The notes beneath the pieces were generated by a model. The model worked only from the letters and a program-made list of their open reading frames with translations. It ran no database searches and was not told where the DNA came from. A stretch of DNA of 64,000 nt from Octopus vulgaris (taxonomy: Eukaryota): NCBI GenBank assembly GCA_951406725.2, contig OX597822.1, positions 96,844,001-96,908,000 on the forward strand, given 5' to 3'. Positions within the stretch are counted from its first letter, which is position 1. The number at the start of each line of letters is the position of its first letter. The position numbers were made by a program, and so were the translations under genes. This document shows, piece by piece, positions 50,317 through 63,300 of this stretch.

Positions 50317-52570
50317 GTAAGTCAAACTTATTTATCCCCACTCATTCACATATTCTGCCCAAAGTTCCTTTTATCCTTTCTGAGAATCTTCAGAAAATTT
50401 GATCAACCAATCTTTATTTTTTTGTTTATTTATGATTTTGCTTGTTTCCTCTTCTTCTTCTCCTAATTTTTATTCTGGTCTTCTACACTATGATGCTGAT
50501 AGGTTTTTTTTTTTTTATCTGATATTCTCATCTCAACCTCCTCACAAGAAAGATAGGGAAGATTAGATGAAAGATGTGCCTGGGGATATACATAAGCTGT
50601 TCTCAGAATTTTTCTCTGCAATAGATCGGTACCTGATACCACAAAAAAATTTACTTCTCTTTGCAGTTCATTATTAGTCTTATGAAGTCACTTGGGACTC
50701 CAACAAATCTTTCATTTTAAAAGATTTCACTGGAAATACTGCAGTGTTGTTTTTTTGTTTTTTGTGTGTGTGTGATTTCTTTTATAAATTTTTTTTTTGT
50801 CATTGACTGTCTAAGCAGAATGTGTGTACCTTCATACATAGGATGTTGGGTTCATGATTACAAGGCCATGGGTTTAGTTCCTGGGCTGGAGGGAGAGGGC
50901 AAGACTTTTTTTCAGCAAGTCTTTTTTTCCACTCTACTTAGTTGCAAACTAGGGCCAACTTAGTGTTGGTGCAGCTCTCTCTCTCTCTCTCTCTCTTGCC
51001 AGCTGCCACATCCTTGATGTTTTACTGGATCAAGATTGGGAGGGTTGAGAAGGTGTGTATGTCTGCTCCTGACTTCATAGGCACCTAAAACTATTTGCAA
51101 AAGCACGGTGTAAGCTACCAGGTATACTTGCTTGTGAGTGACACCTATGAGATTTTTCTTCCTTATTTACTCCAATATCTTTGTCTGACTCTCAAATGCA
51201 TATTGAATGTTTTGTATGATGGTATTGGGGTTTTATATAATCCAAGTGTACTGCATTGATATTACCATTCTTACAGGGCCTATAAGGTCTTGGGCATAGC
51301 CCTTCCTCTATAAGAACTGTTTAGTCTCAAAAATAAATGCATCCAAATGCTTTCCATTGTTTCATGCAAATATATTTTTAGCCTTGCCTAGAAGTTTTGT
51401 GTTGCATATTATGTCTTAATCAGATCATGTCTTAAGGTAATGCTTTAATTTCCTAAGGAACAACAGCTTTTAGTTTGTGTGGAGTGTGCTGTTTATTACT
51501 GAACACTTCCTCTTTGAGGTAGCTCCAGAAAAAAAAAATCATAAACTATAATATCAGGTGATTAAGCAAGCCATGGCATGTCACCACTCCAGGGAATGGT
51601 GTGGCTTGAGAAGCATTTCTTTGATAGCATACATTGACGCTCTTTTTGCATAGGTGGTTACTCTGTTTTCTTGAATCCATATGTCACGTACTAATATTGT
51701 GTTTGTTCAATTCTGGAGAAAGAACGTCGCAGGTCTGACCTCATCAAAGAAATATAAACTTATTACACTCAAGTTTCACATGCAGAACCTCACTGTTACA
51801 TATTTATAGTAGAAGGGAACAAAACATGAAGTTGTCATAGATTGCTGTCTATCTACTAAAAAACTTTTTGCTTGTTTACACAGACAAATGGAAATGCACT
51901 CTTTATCACTCATAAAAAGAACCATGTAATCTGCTCACACTATAATCAGGTTTTCTTTTTTTCTTTAGCAAATGTTTTCTAGCTTTTCCACTCATGGTGA
52001 TTTAGTTCTTGCTTAGTTGTAACCTTATAAGTGCAGAAATTTAAAGCTGTGGGCTTTGTAGGTTGTACACTGTGATCTGCAGTGTGTAGTGCAAAGTTAT
52101 GCCTTGATGCAGAACAGCCAAAAATGTTTACTTAACATCCACCTAATGACTCAATATTTTCTGATATTCATACAATATACATGTCTCCTGATGCAATTTT
52201 TTTATGATGCCGAAAAATTGGTGAACCTGAAGTTTTCTAGTTCAAACAATATTGTATATTGCATTCTGACAAGGCACTTTTCTGTCACTGCCCACATGAA
52301 AATTCAAATGTTTTACTACATTTGAATAGTCAGGTAACCACTTTAAAGAATAAAGAAGGAAAACTTAAATATCTCTGCCACAAAAGCATTTGAAATGTGC
52401 TATTCTGCACCACTGAATGTGACCATCACCACTAGAACTATTTTGAAAACTATCGAATTTCTTTGCCAAACCCTCTGTGTAGAAACAATTATTTTTGAAT
52501 GCTAGAATATACAGACTTCACAAGCTAAAGGTTCCAGTAGCCTCTCCCTATCATATATTATCTTATTATA

Positions 52571-52787
52571 TGAGGTGGTACTGAAACGTTCCTGGCTTTG
52601 GGTAAAAGAAAATACAGGAGGGTCATTTAGTTATGATTTTATTCAATATATTCCCCTCCCAGATTCACACACTTATTGCCACAGTCCTTCAGTTTTTCTA
52701 AGCCCTGTAAAAGAACTCAGAAGGTTGGACCTCCAACCAGGCCTTTTGCAATACCCTTAAAACCAGGAACTTTTCAGCACCCCCTCG
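52571..52787. mobile_element. mariner-type MITE
   Basis: TIRs tgaggtggtactgaaacgttcctgg / ccaggaacttttcagcaccccctcg, flanked by TA on both sides. Confidence 0.85.
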
Positions 52788-53462
52788 TACATCCGTCTTA
52801 GACTTGTCCTTTGAATCCAATGACAACCATCTCTAATTACAGACCCTCTGCTGGCAGTACATCTTGATTTTTGATATGCAGTATCAGTCAGGACATATAA
52901 ACATTTGAATGGAGATATAATTTTTTACTGTGAATACCTGCCACTTTTCTTGCTTCTGCAGAGTGGGTTTCTCCTCCATATTTTCAATACCCCTGTCATA
53001 GTGTGGCCCCTAAAATTAATGGTAGGCATTGTTCTCTTCACAGTAGTCTTCAAACATGTTTTGTAAATAATTATGTCATAAATACTTGCAAAGCGTAATT
53101 TGTAGTTGGCAGTTCTGTCCATGTATATCTAGAGCGTTATGAATTTCTTACTGAAAATATACAAAAAATTTTTAAATTATATTATGCAGCAACAAATTCT
53201 AAAATTTGGGGAGAAAATGGAAATGGGAAATAACTCTAAAATTCCTCAGCGCGCGTTTGTATGTGTTTGTGTTAGTGATGCTTGAGTGGGTTTAACGTCT
53301 TTGTGAAATGCCGAAAACTTTAAAATGCAGTTGGTTAAGCAAAGTTTGAAGCTATTGATAAGGAGAGGATATTTTCTAATCATTGACCGTATAGCACCAT
53401 ATTCTGATTAATGTGTATCGTAAATATATGGGGGGTTTATATATATATATATATATAAAATA

Positions 53463-53830
53463 ATATGTGACAATTATTCGGTAGCGAAGAGATGGTGTTG
53501 TGGATTTCCACCTCGGCATCCGAAACTCAGAGTGTTATCTTGGCTACCGAATAATTGTCACATATCATTTTACTGATAAATTTCCTCTATTTACATAATA
53601 TTGAGGTCTCTTTCTTTCTTTTGTTATCTTGTGACCTCGTGTGTACCGTTGGCGATTTTTTTTTCCCTCTGTCTTCCCTTCTCTGGATCTTTCCTTCTCC
53701 TATGTTTCTGACGAAGAGCTCCGCTCGAAACGTTAAACCCTCCTTCTTTCCTGAGCGTCCAATAATACTATATTTGTTCCACGTCCTCGCGTTGTTGTTT
53801 TTTTGTACTTTCTTGTTTGGATTAACTTTA
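53463..53830 (+). mobile_element. Non-coding Penelope-like element fragment with hammerhead motif and inverted 5' segment, between (TA)n tracts
   Basis: Hammerhead at 53704; 28 bp inverted repeat 53463-53490 / 53538-53565; homologous to 13292-13500 and 1113-1300. Confidence 0.7.
53704..53738 (+). ncRNA. Minimal type I hammerhead ribozyme motif (intact core)
   Basis: GUUU-CUGACGA-A-GAGC(UCC)GCUC-GAAA-CG-UU-AAAC: stem I, core, stem II and palindromic ACGU stem III. Predicted cleavage after 53734. Confidence 0.8.
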
Positions 53831-54547
53831 TATATATATATTTGTGTGTCTGTTTACGTCCCCGTCACTTAGCGGTTCGCCAAGGGAAACTGATAGAATA
53901 AGTACTAGGCTCGATTTGCTCGACTAAAGGCGGTGCTCCAGCGTGGCCAAAGTCAAATGACAAACACAAACAAAGTATAAATATAGATATATATAATATA
54001 TATATATCAAGGGGAGATAATTTTATAGAAATTTAGAGTTACTTCCCTTGCATTAAATTCCTACACGTATATGCAAAAACTGCCCGATTGATAACGGTGT
54101 CTCTAAAATATTAGCTATCCGAGACATGTGACAGTTTGCGAGGTGATACGACTGGTTTGAAATAATACCTAGGTCTCCCTGAAGTCACATCTTACTATCT
54201 TAAAAACGCAAAGGACACATGTCAGGATGAACACTGGCTGCTTGGCTCGTTCTTTCTTCCCGTCATCCTACCTATTTGTTACACATTAAGATGTTTAGAA
54301 TTCTATTGAATCCAATTTCACAAGTGGAACTGATTTAGTTGATTCACGCTCACATACAGACTCGCGCACACGCGTATACACTCTCATACAATCTCTCTCT
54401 TCTTTCCTCTCTGTTACTCACGTACAGACACCAAAAGATGTTAGCATTTTTCACTGCATTTATTCAAACTGGAAAGCGAACTGAGCTGTAAGACTTAGAT
54501 AGTGACGTCATAGCTCCATATCACAATACCTACCAAACTTATCTTCA

Positions 54548-55290
54548 TGGCAGAAACGTTAGCACGCCGGGCGAAATGCTTTCCAGTATTTCGTCTGCCG
54601 CTGCGTTCTGAGTTCAAATTCCGCCGAGGTCGACTTTGCCTTTCATCCTTTCGGGGTCGATTAAATAAGTACCAGTTACGCACTGGGGTCGATGTAATCG
54701 ACTTAATCTGTTTGTCTGTCCTTGTTTGTCCTCTCTGTGTTTAGCCCCTTGTGGGTAGTAAAGAAATAGGTATTTCGTCTGCCGCTACGTTCTGAGTTCA
54801 AATTCCGCCGAGGTCGACTTTGCCTTTCATCCTTTCGGGGTCGATTAAATAAGTATCAATTACGCAGTGGGGTCTGTTTGTCTGTCCTTGTTTGTCCCTT
54901 CTGTGCTTAGCCCCTTGTGGGTAATAAAGAAATAGATAGTGTGTGTCTCTATCTTTTGTCTTTTACTTATCTCAGTGATTGAACTGTGGCCTTGCTGGAG
55001 CACCACCTTGAAATGCTTAGCTGAACAGATCAGTCACAGTACTTTTAAAACTGGTACTTATTTTATATATATCTTTACTACCCACAAGGGGCTAAACACA
55101 GAGGGGACAAACAAGGACAGACAAATGGATTAAATCGATTACATCGACCCCAGTGCGTAACTGGTACTTAATTTATCGACCCCGAAAGGATGAAAGGCAA
55201 AGTCGACCTCGGCGGAATTTGAACTCGGAACGCAACGACAGACGAAATACGGCTACGAATTTCGCCCGGCGTGCTAACTTTTCTGCCAGC
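54548..55290. mobile_element. SINE-A dimer (plus, 54548-54934) and inverted SINE-A (minus, 55072-55290)
   Basis: Consensus matches on opposite strands. Confidence 0.9.
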
Positions 55291-55624
55291 TTTTATATGT
55301 TTCCTTAATAGAACTCAGAATGTTGATAATAATAATAATGATATGTGATAAAATAATAGGGAAATAAAAGGGAACTGAGCAGAAACGGAGAGAGCAAAAT
55401 GTATCATAACTCTGTGAGTGAGTTAATGATAAAGATAGAAAGACAAACACACGGGCAGAAGGATAGACACAAAAACAGACTCAGGTGCAGACATAGTTTT
55501 AGACTGGGTGCATTATAATCTGAACCAACCAATGCCTTGTGAGTGAATATGGCAGACAGGAACTGTGTGTGTGTGTGTGTGTTCCACCACCACTTTGATC
55601 AGTGTTGGTTTATTCATGCTCCTT

Positions 55625-57369
55625 TAAATGCCAGAAACAGCAGCCATATCTCCCTACACCTCATCTCCAAAAAGGGGCACATTCAGTAATATAGTTCCTC
55701 ATATATAAAAGGAGATGATCATAGATAGATAGATAGATATTGTAGTGGTAGATTTTTGTTTTTATGCATTACATAGTTGTAGTTTCAATTCCTGAACTAC
55801 GTTGTGTATTGTATATTTTGTGAAGGTTCGGGGCCATAGTGGTTAGTGTTTCGCGATCACAAGACCATGGTTTCAATTCCCAAACCGGCTGTGCATTTCA
55901 CATTGCTCCAGTCCATCAACTGTAAATGAGTAACCTTGTGACAGGTGGGCATGCAAGTGGGGGGATGAGATGGTGGCTGAGGAAAATAGCCCGAATGGAG
56001 GTCTTTTAAGCCACATTTTTGCATTCAGCGATCCAAAGGATAAATAGTAGTATAACCCAAAGTGTGAAATCTGACTAGTTGAGATTTGTTGTTCAACCAC
56101 ATCGAAGGTCAAGTATTTATACAAGGCACTTCATGTTCGATTGCTCCAGTATACACAGCTCAAAATGAGTATCAGCTAGGTGCTGGTGCAACTCTTTTTC
56201 TCCTCTAGCTCTCACATCCTCATTGTTCTTCTGGCTCAAGTTTGGGGGGGTCAGGAAAGTGTCTGACTACATACAAACCTAAAATAATTAATGAAAGCAA
56301 GACACCTCTTAGTAGGTCATTCATGTTTCTGGGTGGTACTATTGATATTAGTAATTTTTATATATTACATAACACAGTCATTGTGCTATATCACGACACT
56401 TACAGGTGAAACAGGTGTAAATTGCCAAGTTACCAAATGTATTATTGTTCATTTGACACTCCGCTACCAGCTATTGGTACGTTTTATTTTTTTGTTCTGT
56501 GGTTGTTTACTTGGGGTTTTTCCTTTTTTTTTTTTTTTTTGAAAATTTTTGTTTGTTGTTATTCTTGTTTCTCCACATTGAAGCCTCATTGCTGATGCCC
56601 AATGTCCTACATTAAAGGAAGTTTTAGTTTTTACAAACAGGTGTGTGTGTGTGTCTCTCTCTCTCACACACACACACGCGCGCACACACTGACATAAACA
56701 CACACACCACACACAATTATCTGCACATACATACATGCACAGAGAGAGAGGGGGAAAATAGTTGACAGCAGCAGCAGCAGCAGTAGAAGCAGCCAGCTGA
56801 AATCCAATAGCAACAGAGAAGCCTCATTGATCTGTATGGAGGTGGAAAGAGAAGTTAGCGGCAATGCAGCGATGTGTGGTGTGTGTCGTCACTGAAAACA
56901 AAGAGATTATGAGGTGGGTGAGTGTTGTGTGATGTCTAGTAAAAGATGATAGATGCAGCAAGACAGCAGGTGTACTAGATGAACTAAGACTTGTCAATGC
57001 CTTCAACCGGACTGCACTGGACTGGACTGGACTGGACAATACTGGACACTTAATCTGATGGATAAGTTGTTGCAGGTGCTTTAGAAATGTCGCGTGTTTA
57101 TTCACTGAGCTAATGAGGACAAAGAAGGCTGGAAATGTTGATGCATTTGTTAACTATGAAGAAGACCATTTGTTTTTTTTCCGAATAGATATGTTGGTTA
57201 TTGTTTAGTTCCAAATCACCTTTGATCAAGCAGACCCTCCTCCCCACTGATCAAAAGTGTTCCATCTATGATCATCTCCTTTTATATATGAGGAACAACT
57301 ATATTACTGAATGTGCCCCTTTTTTGGAGATGAGGTGTAGGGAGATATGGCTGCTGTTTCTGGCATTTA
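55625..57369. repeat. About 105 bp near-perfect inverted repeat pair 1.5 kb apart
   Basis: 55625-55726 equals the reverse complement of 57264-57369 apart from a 3 nt and a 1 nt indel. Confidence 0.9.
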
Positions 57370-57456
57370 GTGCATCTGTTATAGTGCAGCAATACAATCC
57401 ATTAATCTCAGGACAAAGTGATATTAAATGATGGTGAGATATGTTGAATATCTTCG

Positions 57457-57500
<44 letters not shown>

Positions 57501-57977
57501 CATTATTATTTGTTTTGTCTTGTTCCATGGCACCAAATCAGAAGAATTGTTTGTGTATCAAATAGAATGCTACAGAGTATTTGTTCCAACTCGCTGCTCT
57601 GAGTTCAAATTCTGCTAAGGTCATCGTTGACCTATCATCATTTTGAGATCAATAAAAAGAAAAGTAAAAAAAAAAAAAAAAAAAGAACCAATCTAAAATG
57701 GTGGATTGATGGGATTGTTCAAATCCTACCATGACCATCTTGGATGAGAAGCTTAATCCATTGCACAACTTAACACCACAATCTGACCGCTTGGGTTCCT
57801 TAAGTAGACTCCTTTCTTTAACAAGCATTTAGGCCAAGTTCTCTGGTTTGAGGATAACTTCCTCTCGCTTTCCTTCTCTTTCACCAGTCATGGGGGCTTG
57901 TAAAAGGTCCTGAGCATTGTGCCCCCTGCCTCCAACTAAATAAAAAAAATAATTCTTGCTGTAGGCACAAGACCTGA

Positions 57978-58241
57978 AACACACCAGCATCGGTTGTCAA
58001 GCGATGTTGGGGGGACAAACACAGACACACAAACATATACACATACATATATATATATATATATACACACATATATATAAGACGGGCTTCTTTCAGTTTC
58101 CGTCTACCAAATCCACTCTCAAGGCTTTGGTCGGCCCGAGGCTATAGTAGAAGACACTTGCCCAAGGTGCCACGCAGTGGGACTGAACCCGGAACCATGT
58201 GGTTGGTAAGCAAGCTACTTACCACACAGCCACTCCTGCGC
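57978..58241 (-). mobile_element. SINE-B (3'-truncated)
   Basis: Consensus match. Confidence 0.9.
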
Positions 58242-59166
58242 CCATGCCTACATTTTGCTTTCCTTTTGTTGATGCTGTTGTTATATTTTTCAGTTTTGCT
58301 TCTCAGTTTTTATCATAATTTCCTGGCTGTTGCCACCACCTAAAATGTCCTTCATTTCTTATTTATGTTACATTATTGTTGCCATTGCTGCAAAAGCACA
58401 GCCATTATTGTCAGAGGAATGCTACTGTTGCAGCAGTATATAATTAAAGGAACCACTTAGCAAACCATTTGTCTCTGTATAATTGTTATTGGAGCCAATT
58501 TGTCAAGCAACCTTTCTTGTTCAGCCATTAGATGGACCGTCAATTGTCAACAGACCCGTCGTTGTGTTGTATTTCGGTCGGTGGCTATCACCAGAAACAA
58601 GTATGGGGCTATTTACGACAACTCAATGAATAATCAAGGTGTTGGCTACCCAATCCATTTACTCTACCCACTACTTCATCCTTTAGCTATACCCTCCATA
58701 CATAGCCACCACCACAGATGTTTTAAATAGGCCAACCATTATTTCATTCAAATACATGTCCTGAAGTTTTAGTTTCTTTCTTTCTTTATTTTTTTTTTGT
58801 TTCTTTTTCTTTGTTTTGGTTATTTGTTAAAAATACGTAAACAAATGAAATTCAGATATAATAGAGATATAAAAAAAAATATAACTAAAGCAAAGTTTAT
58901 ATAAATAAGCTAAAAACAAAACGAAGCACAACTCATGCTATTTAATGCATCTAACAATTGCTAATCCCTAATCTAAATAATCATCCTGGGGATTTAAGTA
59001 CATTGTATAATGGTCCCTTCCTGACATTACAGCAATGTTTCACAGCATTATTTTTCAAGGACAATAACTGCAAGTCACATGTGTGTATGGGATGTATGTG
59101 TGTGCAAATACCTATGTATGAGTTTGTATATATGTGTGTATGTGTGTGTGTATACACATTCACACA

Positions 59167-59204
<38 letters not shown>

Positions 59205-59872
59205 CGCACACAAACGAAAATATCTACATTTAGAAAAAGACATGAATAAAACTGTATGGCTTTTATTGCTGACAGTTGCGAATCTGTCAGATTTACGTAC
59301 ATCCCAAAGCACTATTCACCAGAGTTCTTCTGCTATCTCAACTCTGAAGAAAACACTGAATGTGGCTTAGAATTTGTTTTCTAAGTAATGTCTTTTCTTT
59401 CTCTAAAGGAAAATTCTTCAAATTTCAATTGATATTTTGTGAAACCTGTTGTTTGCCATATTGAGAATATTCAACTGTGATCTTAAGGGACATGATAAAC
59501 ATTTCTACATACATACGTACACACACACACACACACACACATATACATATATACATACATACATGCGTACATATGTAATGTATAAAACACACATTTGATC
59601 ACTATAAACAAATCATTTGAGCAGGTCTTTCAGCAAAAGCTGAACATTCATACGCCATCTTTGACGGGATAATCTGTCATTATTAAGGCAGTGTGCTAGT
59701 TGAAGAATCATTAGAGTTTTGGACAAAAATGCTTAGTGGTATTTCTCCCCGTTCATGACATTCTCAGTTCAAAATGCACCTGAATAGATTTTGCTTGTCG
59801 TCCCACCATGTCAAGAAACTGTAGTACTAGTCAAGGTTGACGGTATTGACAAACTTGACGGTATCGACTAAG

Positions 59873-60103
59873 GCGGCGAGCTGGCAGAAACGTTAGCACA
59901 CCGGGCGAAATGCTTAGCGGTATTGCGTCTGCCGTTACGTTCTGAGTTCGAATTCCGCCGAGGTCGACTTTGCCTTTCATCCTTTTGGGGTCGATTAAAT
60001 AAGTACCAGTTACGCACTGCGGTCGATATAATCGACTTAATCCGTTTGTCTGTCCTTGTTTGTCCCCTCTGTGTTTAGCCCCTTGTGGGTAATAAAGAAA
60101 TAG
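59873..60103 (+). mobile_element. SINE-A
   Basis: Consensus match. Confidence 0.9.
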
Positions 60104-60201
60104 GTATATGGTCTCATCTTGTCTGCAAGGCTTAATATCCTGGGACCTGGCATTTCCATTCTTTAACATGGATGCTATCCACTGTCACTTTGTACCATAC
60201 C

Positions 60202-60232
<31 letters not shown>

Positions 60233-60759
60233 CATCCACTGGTTTTCTGTGATTTTGGAGGAAATGTAAATTAAATGAGAATTACTTCGCAAAGCTATCC
60301 GATTGTGTTCATTGATCAATTAGAGATTTTGTTAAGGAGGAGAAGGAGAAGCAGTGATAACCATGGTAACTGCTAATTAACGTACCAGACGCCAATTTAA
60401 ATTTCGAATCTAGCAATCAGCACTGCTTTTGTGCTTTTAGACATATTACTGCATTAGAAGACAAAGGGTTAAATGAAATAAATAAATAAATAAATGAACA
60501 AACCTGTAAAATGTATGATTGAATAGGTCTTAGTTGAGTGGTGGTGGTAGTGGTTTTGGTGGTGGTGGTGGTTTTAGTGGTGGTAGCAGTGAATATCATG
60601 TCAAAAATATATGCAAGATTTGATGATAACGAGGATGATGCCGATGATGATTGTAGAAGCAAAAAACCCTACCACAACAAATAAACGGAAACATCAAAAC
60701 TTGAAGAAGATGGAAAAAATAGATGAAAAAAATTAGAAAAAAATAGAATGAAAATAGTG

Positions 60760-60798
<39 letters not shown>

Positions 60799-60801
60799 AT
60801 G

Positions 60802-60856
<55 letters not shown>

Positions 60857-61303
60857 ATATACATATACATATATATATGTGTGTGTGTGTGTACTTATGC
60901 AATTATATATGTGTATGTATATATGTGTGTTTGTTTGTGTGTGTATGTATGCATGTATATAAAATATCTATCATATGATAAAGAGAAACAATTTTAGGAG
61001 AAAACATATAAAAGGTTGTATAAATGTCAATTGTTTATTTGTTGGCAAATTTGATTTGTTTTTTGGTTTTTTTTACTTTCTTTCGTTATGTTTTCTTTCA
61101 ATATTCATCAAAATGAGCATTTCACAATCCTTAGCAAAAAAAAAAAAAAAGGGCGGGGGCGAGATATTATGTGTACTTGAGACATTCATAAACACAAAAT
61201 TTATTGAATGGATATTTTTTTTTATCATTTACAATTCTCAGTGAATAAATATGACAAGATGTGGAGGGAAAAGAAATCTACAAAAAAAAAAAAAATCTAC
61301 ATT

Positions 61304-61610
<307 letters not shown>

Positions 61611-62001
61611 GAAACAGTAAAAGCAACCACAACTAAAAATGTTGAAACAATCTGTGGACCGTTTATTTGTAATACAACTAAATTGCATGTCAAAACAGAA
61701 GAATCTACTTATATTGATCTTTAAGATATCATTTTGTCTCTTCTTGTTATTGTAGCAAAAAAGGCTTTTTGCTATTACTACTACTTTTTTTTCTTTTTTT
61801 TTTCCTTAAATTATTAATTTCTTCTTCGGTGAAAATTTAAGATATAGAACCCAGAAATAATTGCTGATGATTTGATTAGAGTTGGTCTGTTCCAGTTGAG
61901 GAGGAATAAATACCATTACCAAAAATGCTAAGCTAGCAACTTAGGAGCTCTTGTCTAGAGTCTGGTGGAGATGGTGATGCATATAGTGATGTTATATATC
62001 T

Positions 62002-62230
62002 GTTTCTTTATTGCCCACAAGGGGCTAAACATAGAGGGGACAAACAAGGACAGACAAACGGATTAAGTCGATTACATCGACCCCAGTGCGTAACTGGTAC
62101 TTAATTTATCGATCCTGAAAGGATGAAAGGCAAAGTCGACCTCAGCGGAATTTGAACTCAGAACGCAACGACAGACGCAATACCGCTAAGCATTTCGCCC
62201 GGTGTGCTAACGTTTCTGCCAGCTCGCCGC
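62002..62230 (-). mobile_element. SINE-A
   Basis: 17 bp TSD atatagtgatgttatat. Confidence 0.92.
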
Positions 62231-62244
62231 ATATAGTGATGTTA

Positions 62245-63300
62245 TATCATCTAAGCTTATCCACCTGGCTGGCAGCATACTATGTTTTTCATAGGATCCA
62301 CCCTCACTTTCAATTATGTTTCCTAAGTAACAGCAGCTATCAATTACTTCTAGCTCGTTAGCATAAACCATCTTAATTCTAACCCACCTAAAATCACCCT
62401 TGATTCTATGATACAACCTTCCTGTTTTGAAGTGATTTAAATTAAAACTTTCCATCAAAATTTCATGTTAAATTGTATTCCAAACACCAGCTGAATAATT
62501 GACAATGTTATTTTAATGAATTCTTCGTAATTATCAAAGCTAATTAAAAGGAAGAGAGTGTGATTTAGCAGAAATATGGTAAAAGGGTTAACTGGCCATT
62601 TCCAGCTAAATTCACTTCAACCGTTTAACATTCAGATTATTTTTTCAGAATGTAATTCTTTTTTATTCACATTGCATTGAATTAATCACGACTCATGCTG
62701 CAGCATCAAAATTTTGATGATGCGATTCTTTAATTTTAGAGTGACATTGTAGGGTAGGTGTGAGAAGCAAGCTCTGGCCATTTTGAACAGATGTGGTTGA
62801 ATATTTGCGCTGGATATTTACGTTCTGAGTTCAAATTCCGCCGAGGTCGACTTTACCTTTCATCCTTTCGGGGTCGATTAAATAAGTACCAGTTACGCAC
62901 TGGGGTCGATGGAATCGACTTAATCTGTTTGTCTGTCCTTGTTTGTCCCCTCTGTCTTTAGCCCCTTGTGGGCAATAAAGAAATAGGTATTTCGTCTGCC
63001 GTTACGTTCTGAGTTCAAAATCCGCCAAGGTCGACTTTACCTTTCATCCTTTCGGGGTCAATTAAATAAGTACCAGTTACGCACTGGGGTCCATGGAATC
63101 GACTTAATCTGTTTTTCTGTCCTTGTTTAGCCCCTTGTGGGTAGTAAAGAAATAGGTATAGTAGCTTATTCCTGGTTTGATACGTTGCTTTTTTTCTTTT
63201 TTTTCTGCAGTTGCCTCACTAGGAAGATGGCATCAGATGAACTTCTTGGCACAAGGCCAAACTGCATTGCATCTATGTTAATTCTCTTCCTAATCAATTG
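62245..63300 (-). mobile_element. Old fragmented RTE reverse transcriptase remnant with nested MITEs and SINE
   Basis: Minus strand about 63200-63275 reads DAMQFGLVPRSSSDAIFLVRQLQK; 62245-62360 reads ELEVIDSCCYLGNIIESEGG. Both are collinear with the 14832-16896 element. Confidence 0.75.
62815..63155 (+). mobile_element. SINE-A dimer (5'-truncated)
   Basis: Junction aagaaata|ggtatttcgtctgcc at 62986. Confidence 0.9.

Noticed and set aside
57076-57210. Candidate cassette exon inside the long inverted repeat
   Set aside because: Weak acceptor, no convincing donor, and the phase 0 frame required after 50316 stops immediately.
63190-63290. Apparent + strand exon (strong acceptor ttttctgcag; GQTALHL ankyrin-like frame)
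   Set aside because: Phase 0 hits a stop at once and there is no good donor; the minus strand is an RTE RT fragment (MQFGLVPRSSSDAIFLVRQLQ).
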